From: Macrostomum lignano | Lineage: Eukaryota | Direction: 5' to 3' | Length of the DNA stretch: 64,000 bases | Assembly: GCA_002269645.1 (NCBI GenBank) | Contig: NIVC01002217.1 | Location: 77,099 to 141,098 of the forward strand | In this document: positions 32,801-44,811 of the stretch, one piece after another | How the letters are laid out: every line of letters starts with the position of its first letter | Numbering within the stretch: position 1 is the stretch's first letter | Made by a program: the position numbers and the translations under genes | Notes under the pieces: model-generated | Seen by the model: the letters and a program-made list of their open reading frames with translations, nothing else | The model's database searches: none | Told to the model about the DNA's origin: nothing

Positions 32801-35800
32801 AAATGCTTCGCTTTGCCAGGATTTCGACTGGATTGGGGATCAGTGCGCCGTTTGCATTGAGCCCTACAGGTGCGGCGAGTCGGTTCGAATCCTGCCCTGC
32901 AGGTGAGCTGGATTGTCTTTGAGATTTTGAGATCTGTTGGCAATGTGATTTTGAGATCTGTTGGCAATGAGATTTTGAGATCTGTTGGCAATGAGATTTT
33001 GAGATCTGTTGGCAATGAGATTTTGAGATCTGTTGGCAATGTGATTTTGGGATCTGTTGGTAATGAGATTTTGAGATCTGTTGGCAATGAGATTTTGAGA
33101 TCTGTTGGCAATTAGATTTGAAAGGCCGATCTATATGCGGAAGCGACAAGAACCCTAACAATACTCCACCCCCAACCCACCCAGGCATTTCTATCACAAG
33201 TCCTGCATCGATCCGTGGCTGCTGGACCAGCGCTCCTGTCCGCTGTGCAAGCTGGACATTCTGAAGGCCTGCGGCCTGCACATTCACCGCGGCTCCCAGG
33301 CCTCGCTGCTCGATGCCCACCTGCTGGCTGAGCACTCGCACCACTCTCACGCGGCTGCCAACCCGGCCGGCGCCACCGTGCCCAGCGGCGTGTCGGCCTC
33401 CGCTGCCGCGTCCGTTGCCGGCAGCGTCCAAGTGCCGACGCTCCTGATTCAGGCCGGCAGCGGCGGCAGGGACTCGGCTGAAGCTTCGCCTTCTAACAGC
33501 CACTCGGACGAGGGTGGCGTGCAGGTCAGTTTTGCAGTTTTGCATCCCGATATGTATCGAAAGTTGCATTCCAGTGAGGGGCTTATTTTAGCCCTAAATG
33601 TATGCTTCATGATATTATGCGACTCTCCCGATATGTATCGAAAAATACTTTTACAGTAAAAACCTATTTTGGTTATACGCTTTAAGCTGCTTAGGCCTTA
33701 TTCCTATATGTATCGAAAAGATGCATAAGAGGGTTGTAGCCTAGTGGTTAGAGCGTCGAACTCACGACTGGGAGGTCGGAGGTTCGATTCTCGGCCCACT
33801 CGGAAAAATTTGTGTCTTTGAGCAGGACATTTAACTCTGCATTGCTTCAGTTCACCCAGCTGTAAAATGGGTGCCAGCATTAGCTGGGGTAATTGAGGGT
33901 GTGTGGCGACCCCCCAGTCCTTGGACTGAACAGCCGTACGCAGCCTTCAGATGCGCCGCGCAATAGCTGCGGCTGAGCTGTCGGTTGCACATCTGCACAT
34001 TGGGCAGGTGTACACAATTATTATTTATTTTATAGAAAGGAGCATTACAGACGGTTTATTCGGTTTTGCACTTTAAGCTACTAATGACCTGTCCCGACAT
34101 GTATCGAAAGTAGCTTTTAATCATACATGTGATTCGGATAAATTGCTTTTGACCTGGAGTCAAGTAGTTTTTAGCGGCTGTTGGGTTGGTTAGTTTATTC
34201 AGCCTCCGACCTGCCAGCCACGCCCAAAGCTCCTGAGCTGTGCTGCAAATTGAAATTGCAATTTTAGGCATGGGATTTCCCTCAACCCACAGGATTTTTT
34301 TCAATTTCCCTCCCTAGCCGGGATTGAAATGCTGCAGACTCTGCTTTCGGCTGTCCGGGTTAGTTGCTAGGGGAGAGGAACTCTTTTTCAATTCTGATTG
34401 AGCAGCGATGAGGAAGCATTGAGCAAACGAGAAATGCAGACACTGAAGTATGGAATCTGGGGGCGGCTCAGGCATAGAAATTATACCTATGGCAAAGATA
34501 TTTTTTTTTTCAGATGCAGCTCGGCTCGCTTGCTGTGCGTGATGAGCGCCTTCGCCCGTTTTCCTCCTCTCCCTCTCTCTCCCTCTGTCTCCGTGGACCT
34601 CTAAAACAAGCCATCTGGAATGATGGGGAAGGTGACGAAGCGAAAAACCACCCCTCTAATTTTAATAAATCCGGCTGCTGTCTATGAAAATTTAATGACG
34701 AACCATCTGGATTGGCTGATTCTTGTGAATATTTAGGCCTTACTTAATTCTTTGTTATCATTTTTATAGGGCTATTTCTGGCGAATGAAATTGTGAACAA
34801 ATCAATCAATAAGAAAGTTACTTTCAATGAGCTGTTGTTGTTAGCATGGTCTCAAAATTTCTTCAGTTTTTTTGCACACGGATCAGACTGTTGCTCATGG
34901 ATCAGACTGTTGCTCATGGATCAGACTGTTGCTCATGGATCAGACTGTTGCTCATGGATCAGACTGTTGCTCATGGATCAGACTGTTGCTCATGGATCAG
35001 ACTGTTGCTCATGGATCAGACTGTTGCTCATGAATCAGACTGTTGCTCATGGATCAGACTGTTGCTCATGGATCAGACTGTTGCTCATGGATCAGACTGT
35101 TGCTCATGGATCAGACTGTTGCTCATGAATCAGACTGTTGCTCATGGATCAGACTGTTGCTCATGAATCAGACTGTCGCTCATGGATCAGACTGTTGCTC
35201 ATAAATCAGACTGTTGCTCATGGATCAGACTGTTGCTCACGGATGAGACTGTTGCTCACGGATGCGTACGCATGACAAAGTCTCCCTGACTTTCTGTATT
35301 TAGCCTTAATCAGCACCAGATTTTCTCCATCTAGTATTCCGTGATCGAGCTATCCACGCCCAGCCTGCACTGAGTAAGGTAAAAGAGCTAGTTAGCGTGG
35401 CGGGAAGGGTTCGAGTACACTATGCTGGGTTCATTCGGCTTGCTACTCACCGAACAAATCCTATTATATGCGGCTGGCTGATGATGACGCGGCGGGCTTG
35501 GGATTATTCTAAGGCAGGCAGCTGTGCTGGATCTGTCGGAGCTCCGGCTGGTTAACTGAGCAGAAATTGAGCCGCAGATTTCGAGTCGCCGGATGGGTGG
35601 ATTCTGAGCAGCTGGCGCTACCAATTAGTCATATTAAATAGGGGGGTGACTGCTTTATAATAAGGCCTCGCGCTGAAGCACGCCATCGTCGGGAGGGGGG
35701 CATGCGCAAATCGATCGCTGATTGTGCAACCTGAAGAGTCGCGGCTGTGCAGATTGGCGCGAAGATTAGAGACTAGATAGATAGAGAATAATAGCAGAGA

Positions 35801-37007
35801 GAAAACCAGGTGGGCTGACAGAGAAATGAAAACAGGATATAGAAAACTGCTGGAAGCGCTTCTGCTGATCTGCTGCGAAAGAATCAGTTGAACTTTTAAA
35901 AAGCACAGTGTTTAAATGCGAGTGTCATGAGACTGGCTTGACTGGTACGCGGATGAGACTGTTGCACTTGGGTCAGACTGTTGCACTTGGGTCAGACTGT
36001 TGCACTTGGGTCAGACTGTTGCACATGGATGAGACTGTTGCACTTGGGTCAGACTGTTGCACTTGGATGAGTCTGCACAGGATGAGACTTGCACACGGAT
36101 GAGACTGTTGCACTTGGATGAGTCTGTTGCACAGGATGAGACTTGCACACAAATGAGACTGTTGCACACAAATGAGACTGTTGCACACAAATGAGACTGT
36201 TGCACACAAATGAGACTGTTGCACACAAATGAGACTGTTGCACACAAATGAGACTGTTGCACACAAATGAGACTGTTGCACACAAATGAGACTGTTGCAC
36301 ACAAATGAGACTGTTGCACACAAATGAGACTGTTGCACATCAAACTGTTGCACACAAATCAGACTGTTGCAGGAGAGCACAGTGAAATGTGTGTGTTGCA
36401 GCAATGTGTCTGCTACAGAAAGGACCTGAAGTACCGACTGTTACAGGGCGGGCTGTTCAACAGAAAGACCGGTGTAGTGATTGGGCGGAATAGCTCAAAG
36501 TACAAGGTAGAATGTCGGGTAGAATTCTGAAATTTCAATCTCCCTAATGACGCCGGTGCTAAGAGAGAAACTCGAGCGCTTTAATTTTTCGCGAGGAAAT
36601 GAAAAAAACACGTTTGGATCGGGTTTTTCTACGCCGGTCCCCCACCCCACGAATTATTGTAAAACAGAGTAGGGCTGCATATTTAATTAAGCGGCGTATT
36701 GCCTTAGTGCAGAGCGGAGAGAGAGAGAGAGAGAGAGAGAGAGGCACCCGCCTATGACTGGTTAAATTAGAGTGCTTCGCTCTTCGCCTCTCAGGTGACG
36801 ATCGAGCCGCCGGATGTGCAGTATCACCACTCCAATGACAGCTCCGTGCAGTGCGGCCCGTTGGCCTGCCGGCACGACTCCGCCTCGTCTGACGCCTCCT
36901 CCGCCGGCGCCGCCGCTGATGGCGCCGCCGGGCATCAGCGATTGGCCCTGGTGAAGGCGGCCGAAGTGTGCTACCCGCTGGTGCACCGGCATCATGGATC
37001 CGGCTGA
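29808..37007 (+). CDS. gol: Goliath/RNF130/RNF150-family PA-TM-RING-H2 E3 ubiquitin ligase (~540 aa, 5 exons)
   Basis: Exons 29808-30722, 31544-31615, 32820-32902, 33185-33524, 36795-37007 are in phase. Signal peptide, then the family TM motif [48 protein letters not shown], and RING-H2 [43 protein letters not shown]. The last exon is less certain. Confidence 0.9.
30835..31101. repeat. (CAGT)n tetranucleotide microsatellite
   Basis: Direct reading, with CAGC/CACT interruptions. Confidence 0.97.
32920..33115. repeat. 24-bp intronic minisatellite
   Basis: Unit GAGATTTTGAGATCTGTTGGCAAT, ~8 copies between the two RING exons. Confidence 0.95.
33729..34030 (+). mobile_element. tRNA-derived SINE with CORE/Meta-like central domain
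   Basis: A-box TAGCCTAGTGG (33737) and B-box GGTTCGATTC (33781), then TGTGTCTTTGAGCAGGACATTTAACTC..CAGCTGTAAAATGGG resembling the CORE-type SINE domain. AT-rich tail. Second copy at 49033-49297. Confidence 0.85.
34878..35265. repeat. 19-bp minisatellite
   Basis: Unit GGATCAGACTGTTGCTCAT, ~20 copies. Confidence 0.96.
35950..36370. repeat. 19-bp minisatellite related to the 34878 array
   Basis: Units TGAGACTGTTGCACACAAA / TCAGACTGTTGCACTTGGG share the AGACTGTTGC core. Confidence 0.94.
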
Positions 37008-37194
37008 TTTTAGGAGTTTACAGCGTTGGGCGAGCTAGGGAAGGAAGCATTACGAATTTTCGAATAAGAACTGATTAGGTTGGTGATTTTTTTAACTTAA
37101 ATATTCGAATTATCGCTTCAAATAGTTGCCAGCTGTGAGTTTTAGCCATTTTTAGGAGTAATTCGACTGCTGTGTCTCTACTCCAAGCCGTGTC

Positions 37195-37750
37195 CTCGAT
37201 TGACCCTAAACCGTGTCCTTGACTGACCCTAAACCGTGTCCTTGACTGACCCTAAACCGTGTCCTTGACTGACCCTAAACCGTGTCCTTGACTGACCCTA
37301 AACCGTGTCCTTGACTGACCCTAAACCGTGTCCTTGACTGACCCTAAACCGTGTCCTTGACTGACCCTAAACAATGTCCTTGACTGACCCTAAACCGTGT
37401 CCTTGACTGACCCTAAACAGTGTCCTTGACTGACCCTAAACCGTGTCCTTGACTGACCCTAAACCATGTCCTTGACTGACCCTAAACTGTGTCCTTGACT
37501 GACCCTAAACAGTGTCCTTGACTGACCCTAAACCGTGTCCTTGACTGACCCTAAACAGTGTCCTTGACTGACCCTAAACAGTGTCCTTGACTGACCCTAA
37601 ACAGTGTCCTTGACTGACCCTAAACAGTGTCCTTGACTGACCCTAAACCGTGTCCTTGACTGACCCTAAACACGTTGACTGACCCTAAACACGTTGACTG
37701 ACCCTAAACAGTGTCCTTGGCTGACTATAAACCGTGTCCTTAATTGACCT
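37195..37750. repeat. 23-bp minisatellite
   Basis: Unit TTGACTGACCCTAAACCGTGTCC, ~23 copies. Confidence 0.96.
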
Positions 37751-38879
37751 CAACCCACATCCTTGACTCCTAAATGGATCCTTATTCGGATCACCGTGTG
37801 CGCACAGCTGTTTAATTTGTAGCCTGGCAGCATCTGGCGCCACGCGCCTAGCCTTGACCTTAATCAACCTTTGGATATCTTTGTTGCGCAGGCTCTCCCT
37901 GTAGTCTCGTCTCTCTGTGAAGTTTTGCTTTTTAATTTCTGCACACGCATTGTTGTGTTGTATTATTAGTCTGCCCTCGCTAGTCCTGTTGCTTGTGTTT
38001 GTCGTTCGCTTCTCGTCGCATGTGTCTGCATAGCGCATGCTGTAGCTTCTTAGCCTCTGTGTATGCGAGTATTCAATATTGCCGTATTCTCCTAGTCTGC
38101 CTGTCAATCAGTTTTGCTGCTATTATCTATCAGATAGTTGCTCCCAAAATCCCGGAGCACGTGCCCCCCCGTGTGCTTTTTGTCTTTCGCTTCGCATCCA
38201 CTGCCTCCTCATCCCCCCTAGCAACAAGCAATTATAGGTAATTAATGTAATAATATAATAATTATCCGAGAGGAGCGGCACCCGAGAAGTTTTCAATCTA
38301 TTAGTAGACTATGAAAAGTTTTTATTGTTGATTTATGATTTGCTGTACAATTATTAGTGTTTATTAATTTCTGCTTACTGTTCCGCTTTATATCTGTAAA
38401 TAAATATTGATGACGAGAATAAATAAAAATTACACTGTTTATTGCGCAGCCCTGTAGCCCTGTGTTGTGCTTGACCAGCTTATCAATGTAGTTCAATAAC
38501 TATACATTTTTATGCTAATTAGCAATGAGAGGTGTGATTCACCTTGCTCTCTGATTACTTATTCAGATTGCTTTATTCACACGTATAGGCTTGCTTGGGA
38601 TTATTATCCCCTATCAAATGCACTTACAAATTTATATGTATAGCTAATCAAAATTGGTTCTCTATCGCCCTGTTTTGCACTCTGCAGTCTCATTGAGACA
38701 TTCTTGGTGGCTCTGTTTATTGCGCAACGATTGGACCAGCTTTGTTATAATAAACAGTTTCTCAGTCAGACTAACCAATAAAACAGTATGGCAGTGCGCG
38801 TGGCTTTATAAATTGTCACTACTATGGAACTGTTTCAACTGCATTGCGGGATGGCGCCAGATTAATCTCTGTTTATTTC

Positions 38880-39792
38880 AGTGATCCCAGCATCTCTGCA
38901 TTGATCCCAGCCTCTCTGCACTGATCCCAGCCTCTCTGCACTGATCCCAGCCTCTCTGCATTGATCCCAGCCTCTCTGCACTGATCCCAGCATCTCTGCA
39001 CTGATCCCAGCCTCTCTGCACTGATCCCAGCCTCTCTGCACTGATCCCAGCCTCTCTGCACTGATCCCAGCCTCTCTGCACTGATCCCAGCCTCTCTGCA
39101 CTGATCCTAGCCTCTCTGCACTGATCCCAGCCTCTCTGCACTGATCCCAGCATCTCTGCACTGATCTCAGCATCTCTGCATTGATCCCAGCCTCTCTGCA
39201 CTGATCCCAGCCTCTCTGCACTGATCCCAGCCTCTCTGCACTGATCCCAGCCTCTCTGCACTGATCCCAGCATCTCTGCACTGATCCCAGCCTCTCTGCA
39301 CTGATCCCAGCCTCTCTGCATTGATCCCAGCCTCTCTGCACTGATCCCAGCCTCTCTGCATTGATCCCAGCCTCTCTGCATTGATCCCAGCCTCTCTGCA
39401 CTGATCCCAGCCTCTCTGCACTGATCCCAGCATCTCTGCACTGATCCCAGCCTTTCTGCACTGATCCCAGCATCTCTGCACTGATCCCAGCCTCTGCACT
39501 GATCCCAGCCTCTCTGCACTGATCCCAGCATCTCTGCACTGATCCCAGCCTCTCTGCACTGATCCCAGCCTCTCTGCACTGATCCCAGCATCTCTGTACT
39601 GATCCCAGCCTCTCTGCACTGATCCCAGCCTCTCTGCACTGATCCCAGCCTCTCTGCACTGATCCCAGCATCTCTGCACTGATCCCAGCCTCTCTGCACT
39701 GATCCCAGCCTCTCTGCACTGATCCCAGCATCTCTGTACTGATCCCAGCCTCTCTGCACTGATCCCAGCCTCTCTGCACTGATCCCAGCCAC
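38880..39792. repeat. 20-bp minisatellite
   Basis: Unit CTGATCCCAGCCTCTCTGCA, ~45 copies. Confidence 0.97.
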
Positions 39793-40869
39793 TCTACAAC
39801 GTCGGTAGCCATCAAAACTGATCCATGTAGTTTTAAAGCTACCCAACTTCACATAGACTAAATGTGTTACCATAAGTAGAGTGTTAGGTAAATTATCTAG
39901 CTCACTTGGCTATTAGGTATAGGCGCCTATATAGGCTACTTAAAACGAGAGCTTCTTCCTTTTTTGAGTAGTAAAACATTTTAATACAAAGATAAAATTG
40001 ACTTCACCTCTGAATTAAATGGATTTTTACTCAAAAGTACGATTAAACCAAACCTAGCGGTTCTGATCGTTAGTGTGTAGAACAGTTCTTAGAGCTGAAG
40101 GCTGTGACTACACTATAACGCCTCCCATGAGGCAGACAGTCCGCTCTCTCTATCTCCTCTCTCTCTCTCACTCTGTCTATTCACGCTAAGCGAAGCAAGA
40201 GGTCAGCAGGGGGGGGGGGTCCCGTGTGCAACTTGGCGCATTCTTTTATAGAGAGATAGCTAGCCAGATAGCAATGCTTATAATACTATAAGTAATGCAT
40301 GGAGCTGATGCAATAGCTGAGGCTAGGGCGAGTATACGTACGCAAGAGTAGGGCAGAACTAGCTGGCAGAGCTAATTACATGGAGACCAGAGTCCGGGCC
40401 CAGTCCCCCTAGGGACAGATCCAGGGCGAACGATGACGGTCGAACTGAGTTCACCCCACTGCAGTTCCCCGAAGCATTTGGGGATTAACTTTTTTACCCT
40501 CTTCTACTCCTCCCCTATATCCCCCGACGCGAACTGGTCGCATTCTTTTAAGCCTTCCCCTTCTAAATCCTTGCTTGCTTCGCCTTGCGGAGCCCTACAC
40601 TCTAAGACCCATAGCTAGTGGCGCCATTGCCAACCCCGAGATAGCGAGAGCTGTAGGCTGCTGTGACAGGAAATCTGTCTCGATCAATTGGGCAGTTTAA
40701 TCAGGCCGGCTACAGTGCGATAGGGGCGGGGTAGGAGCTGAGGGCGTCAGCGTGTGTGGGATGATCCTGTTTGAAGGATGATTCAGCCGTGGTCTCTGGA
40801 CAACTCATTCTCATTTTTAATAAGTTCGTTTCAGATTGCGGCGCAGTGACTCTGCGATCTTTCCCAAGC

Positions 40870-41298
40870 TTGGGTGACTCGGTGATCAGTCCCAATTTGA
40901 GATGACTCGGTGATCAGTCCCAATTTGAGATGACTCTGTGATCAGTCTCAATTTGGGATGACTTGGTGATCAGTCCCAATTTAAGATGACTCGGTGATCA
41001 GTCCCAATTTGGGATGACTCGGTGATCAGTCCCAATTTGAGATGACTCGGTGATCAGTCCCAATTTGAGATGACTCGGTGATCAGTCCCAATTTGAGATG
41101 ACTCGGTGATCAGTCCCAATTTGGGATGACTCGGTCGGTGATCAGTCCCTATTTGAGATGACTCGGTGATCAGTCCCAATTTGAGATGACTCGGTGATCA
41201 GTCCCAATTTGAGATGACTCGGTGATCAGTCCCAAGTTTGGGTGACTCAGTCATCAGTCCCAAGTTTGGGTGACTCGGTCGGTGATCAGTCCCAATTT
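40870..41298. repeat. 28-bp minisatellite
   Basis: Unit GATGACTCGGTGATCAGTCCCAATTTGA, ~15 copies. Confidence 0.95.
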
Positions 41299-41299
41299 A

Positions 41300-41510
41300 G
41301 GAGAGTTCCGGGTTTGGGCCGAAGTAGTTGAGCCTGTCTTGAGTAAAGGCGGGGCATTCACAGATGAAGTGCTCCGCAAGGAGGCAGAATGGGCATTCCT
41401 CACTGCGGATTCCCCTAAAGGTAGCGATGCCTGGCAAAACAGCTGAGGTCTGAGAGAGCCATGGTCATCGCCCTGATGTCCCTGCGGTTGACCACCTTGT
41501 AACGAGAAAA
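41300..41510 (-). mobile_element. Degenerate 3' end of a non-LTR retrotransposon ORF2 (C-terminal CCHC knuckle)
   Basis: Minus strand reads ..RRDIRAMTMALSDLSCFARHRYL / EECPFCLLAEHFICECPAFTQDRLNYFG, matching the CxxC..H..C.CP...R...G C-terminus typical of R1/LOA/I-group LINEs. Broken by stops and frameshifts. Confidence 0.55.
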
Positions 41511-42249
41511 TTAGGCCCATTTTTTCATCTTCAGACCCTCCGTAACAGCTATGGCTAGGAAAAAAGGAGGAAGCAAACAGGCCATTGCAAAACGATCCAA
41601 GTGCTGGCCCTGAATCTGGTTAAGTATACGGTATATTTAGACTTTGTGGACTATTATTTAGCCTTCATCCCCTATACCTACCGGTTAAGATCAGCTGCAG
41701 CCTGACAGCTCATCAATCCATCAGTTTCGCACCTTTAGCAGCAGCTGGCTGTGTGGCCTTCTTCCTACGGGCAGAGAGAAGGCGGAGGAAGTGAGAAAGC
41801 GGCTGAGAGAGAGCACGGGCTATACTGGCCCGATCGCGATTGGATGGACCCTGCTTGAGCCGGCAGTCTCAGCTGATGGATTAAGGGATGCCATCGGGAT
41901 GACAGTGGACGGCTACGGGGCTTGGATGTCGGGGGAGGGGTGCATGGGGTTCGGCTAGGATTGGAAGAGAGAAGCGGCCAGAAAACTGGCGGGAAGCCTC
42001 CAGATCCGGGAGATTCCGCCGCGACGCGCCGCTCTGCCACTAGCCAGCTGGCTATATAGGGGAAATCAGCTCCGATCTTCGTTTTCTGACTGCCGAGTCG
42101 CTCGTCTTTCCGCTGCCAGCTGCCACCCTGTCTGTTTGGCTGCTTCTTCAATACGGTGAGGCTCTGTCCCGTGGCCTGGGAATACTGCCGCATGACTCTG
42201 AGCCGCTCTGATCCCGCTTTGGCTGTCATCTGCACTCTGACTTTGCTTG

Positions 42250-42580
42250 TCTGTGTCTGCGCGTTTGTATTAGTGCCTGTCGATGTGTCTGCGCGTTTGT
42301 ATTAGTGCCTGTCGATGTGTCTGCGCGTTTGTATTAGTGCCTGTCGATGTGTCTGCGCGTTTGTATTAGTGCCTGTCGATGTGTCTGCGCGTTTGTATTG
42401 GTGCCTGTCTGTGTGTCTGCGCGTTTGTATTAGTGCCTGTCGATGTGTCTGCGCGTTTGTATTAGTGCCTGTCGATGTGTCTGCGCGTTTGTATTGGTGC
42501 CTGTCTGTGTGTCTGCGCGTTTGTATTAGTGCCTGTCGATGTGTCTGCGCGTTTGTATTAGTGTCTTGTGTCGATGTGTC
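42250..42580. repeat. 32-bp minisatellite
   Basis: Unit TGTGTCTGCGCGTTTGTATTAGTGCCTGTCGA, ~10 copies. Confidence 0.95.
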
Positions 42581-42829
42581 TTAGTATCCAAGTGTCTCTC
42601 TTTACTCGTTTCTTGGCGTCTACTCATGTGTCTGTTTAGTGCATTTGTGTTTGTTTTAGTGTCTTATGTATCAGCTTGGTTGTCTTAGTGACGTTCTGAC
42701 ATGGCAGTGACTATCGTTAGCCCGTATGTCTGTCGGTCTCCCTGTCAGTCGGCCTTGGCATCATTTTCCTCCACAGCATCAGGCAGCCAGTCAAACCTCA
42801 CTGCACCAAGTTGCAGGCCCGCCAGCAAC

Positions 42830-43318
42830 ATGGTGCAGCTGTTCTACTACGAACAAGTCGGCCGCCGTTGCGTCAAGCTGCTGCAGCCAAGCGGCGGGGG
42901 CAGCAGCAGCGGCCAGGACCGCCAGCCAGTGAAGGTGCTGCTGCACCCTGAGGAGGGCGGCGGCTGCCTCGGGCTCAACGCCTACTGGCTGCTCCGCTTT
43001 CCCTGGTTCACCAGGCGGCTCTGCCGGGTCACGGAAGTCAGCGGCGGCCTCAAACGCCGAGCAGGCTGGGCTACGGTGGCCCACTCGGATGACGGCGGCT
43101 GCGTGTCCATTGCCGGCCGGCTGAAGCAGAAAGTCAAGCAGCAGCAGCAGCAGCAGTTTCTGGCAGGCAGCAGCGGCAATTTCCTGTTGCGCCTCACCTC
43201 GAGCGTGTCGGACGCAGACTTTCACCGGGGCTACAGCCTGACCGGCTGGCTGGAGTCTGGGCGGGGTCGGCAGAGGCAGGTGACACACCTGGCCATGGTG
43301 AAGCGGCCAGGTTACTGA
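42830..43318 (+). CDS. Uncharacterised ~162-aa protein (MVQLFYYEQVGRRCVKLL...)
   Basis: GC-rich coding-like ORF. ATG in CAACATGG context, downstream of a polypyrimidine acceptor (TTTTCCTCCACAG, 42776). A TATATA (~42054) and a donor-like GTGAGG (~42156) upstream suggest a 5'UTR exon. No family recognised. Confidence 0.65.
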   Translation: MVQLFYYEQVGRRCVKLLQPSGGGSSSGQDRQPVKVLLHPEEGGGCLGLNAYWLLRFPWFTRRLCRVTEVSGGLKRRAGWATVAHSDDGGCVSIAGRLKQKVKQQQQQQFLAGSSGNFLLRLTSSVSDADFHRGYSLTGWLESGRGRQRQVTHLAMVKRPGY

Positions 43319-43444
43319 GAGCGACTTGAGCTGCTCGCAATGCGCACAGATTCGGTAAATCCCGAAGACCACCCTGATTGGCTAGTTTGGGCCTGTCACT
43401 TTCATTTTAGAAGCGTCTTGGGACCCTTTACTATCCCTTATTGG

Positions 43445-43750
43445 ACCTGTCACACGCCCATCTTGAGCCTGTCACACGCCCATTTTGAGCCTGTCACACG
43501 CCCATTTTGAGCCTGTCACGCGCCCATTTTGAGCCTGTCACACTTGCATCTTGAGCCTGTCACACGCCCATCTTGAGCCTGTCACACGCCCATCTTGAGC
43601 CTGTCACACTGCCATCTTGAACCTGTCACACTAGCATCTTGAGCCTGTCACACTGCCATCTTGAACCTGTCACACTGCCACCTTGAACCTGTCACACTGC
43701 CACCTTGAACCTGTCACACTGCTCTCCTAAGCCTGTCACACTCCCTGTCA
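43445..43750. repeat. 22-bp minisatellite
   Basis: Unit CTTGAGCCTGTCACACGCCCAT, ~14 copies drifting in sequence. Confidence 0.94.
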
Positions 43751-44811
43751 CCTTGGCCCTTTTGGTCTGTAAAAGCATGGATTAAATGAATAAAAGTTTT
43801 ACTCATTGCAGCACTCAAGTCCTCGTTTTATTGAAGCTTCTTTCTAATGCGGTTTTTCTGTATCAGCTGACAACTGTTTTCCGCGAACTGGCTGAATCAT
43901 GTTTATTCTTTTAGCGTGTGAACTGCTAGTGCTCGCATGATTACGACTATATATTTAAATTTGTTATAAATTGATTTCAATATTAAACTGAAGCGGCATA
44001 TCGAATAGCGTCAGAATTGCAGTGCATATCAATTGGTTTACCCGACTACCTCAATAGGCTTAATACAATGAAACAAAGGCCTTTTTAACAGTACTCTTTG
44101 TTGCGAAATATTCGTTTCGAATATCGAATGTTTCCCATGCAAATAAATACCCAACTAATTAACGCGTCTTTTTTGTTCGAAAGTACACCTCGGAAAAATG
44201 ATTCGAGCCTGAGACTGCAGTTCGCATTCGCGAATTAATTGCCGAACTGGGCCTTCGCCCGAGGGCTTTTGGTTCGAACCCCCCTCTCCCCAACCCCCAG
44301 ACCCTCAGGGAGTCGCAGAATGCAAATTCAATGCAGACTTTCTGTGGATCCTGAAATTTTTCCACCGATTTGAGTCCTCCCAGCAACTACAGCAGAGTTG
44401 GGGGGATGAGCATTACACTCCCGACTCCGGTGCTGGACAAGATGGCTAATTTGATTAACTTTTCTCTCTCTATTGCCATCCCAGACAAGCCAAATCCCGC
44501 CCGAATTAGGCGCCCCGGTCCCCAGGGGCGGGGAGTTTTGCATATCGGAATCGATGCCTCAGGGTCATTCCGTTGAGACGTGCTCGGCCAGCCGTCTATG
44601 GCCCAACTCGGAATCGAATAGTTCAGTACTAGAGAGCCAGGAGCGCACTGCTAAAAAAGCATTATAGCTAACTTGTTAATAAAAGTCTGAAAAGTATTGG
44701 ACTTTAACTAAGTTTAGCGGCAAACAGCCGAAGCCAGAACTTGCACCAGCCAAGCACAGCAGTGGAGGCCCAGCAGAGTGAGCGGCCAGCTTTACTTTCT
44801 CAGTTGTCGTC

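Noticed and set aside
33729-33805. tRNA gene
   Set aside because: A and B boxes are present, but there is no proper acceptor stem or terminator; it continues into a SINE body that has a second copy at 49033-49297.
37685-38107. 140-aa minus-strand ORF as a gene
   Set aside because: It starts at a non-ATG codon, runs into the 23-bp satellite, has no motif or splice support, and its A-rich composition fits a TE leader or non-coding DNA.
41765-42235. 156-aa minus-strand ORF as an extra exon of the KY-like gene
   Set aside because: That gene already terminates in frame at 47461. The region looks more like the promoter/5'UTR of the plus-strand 42830 gene (TATATA ~42054, donor ~42156).
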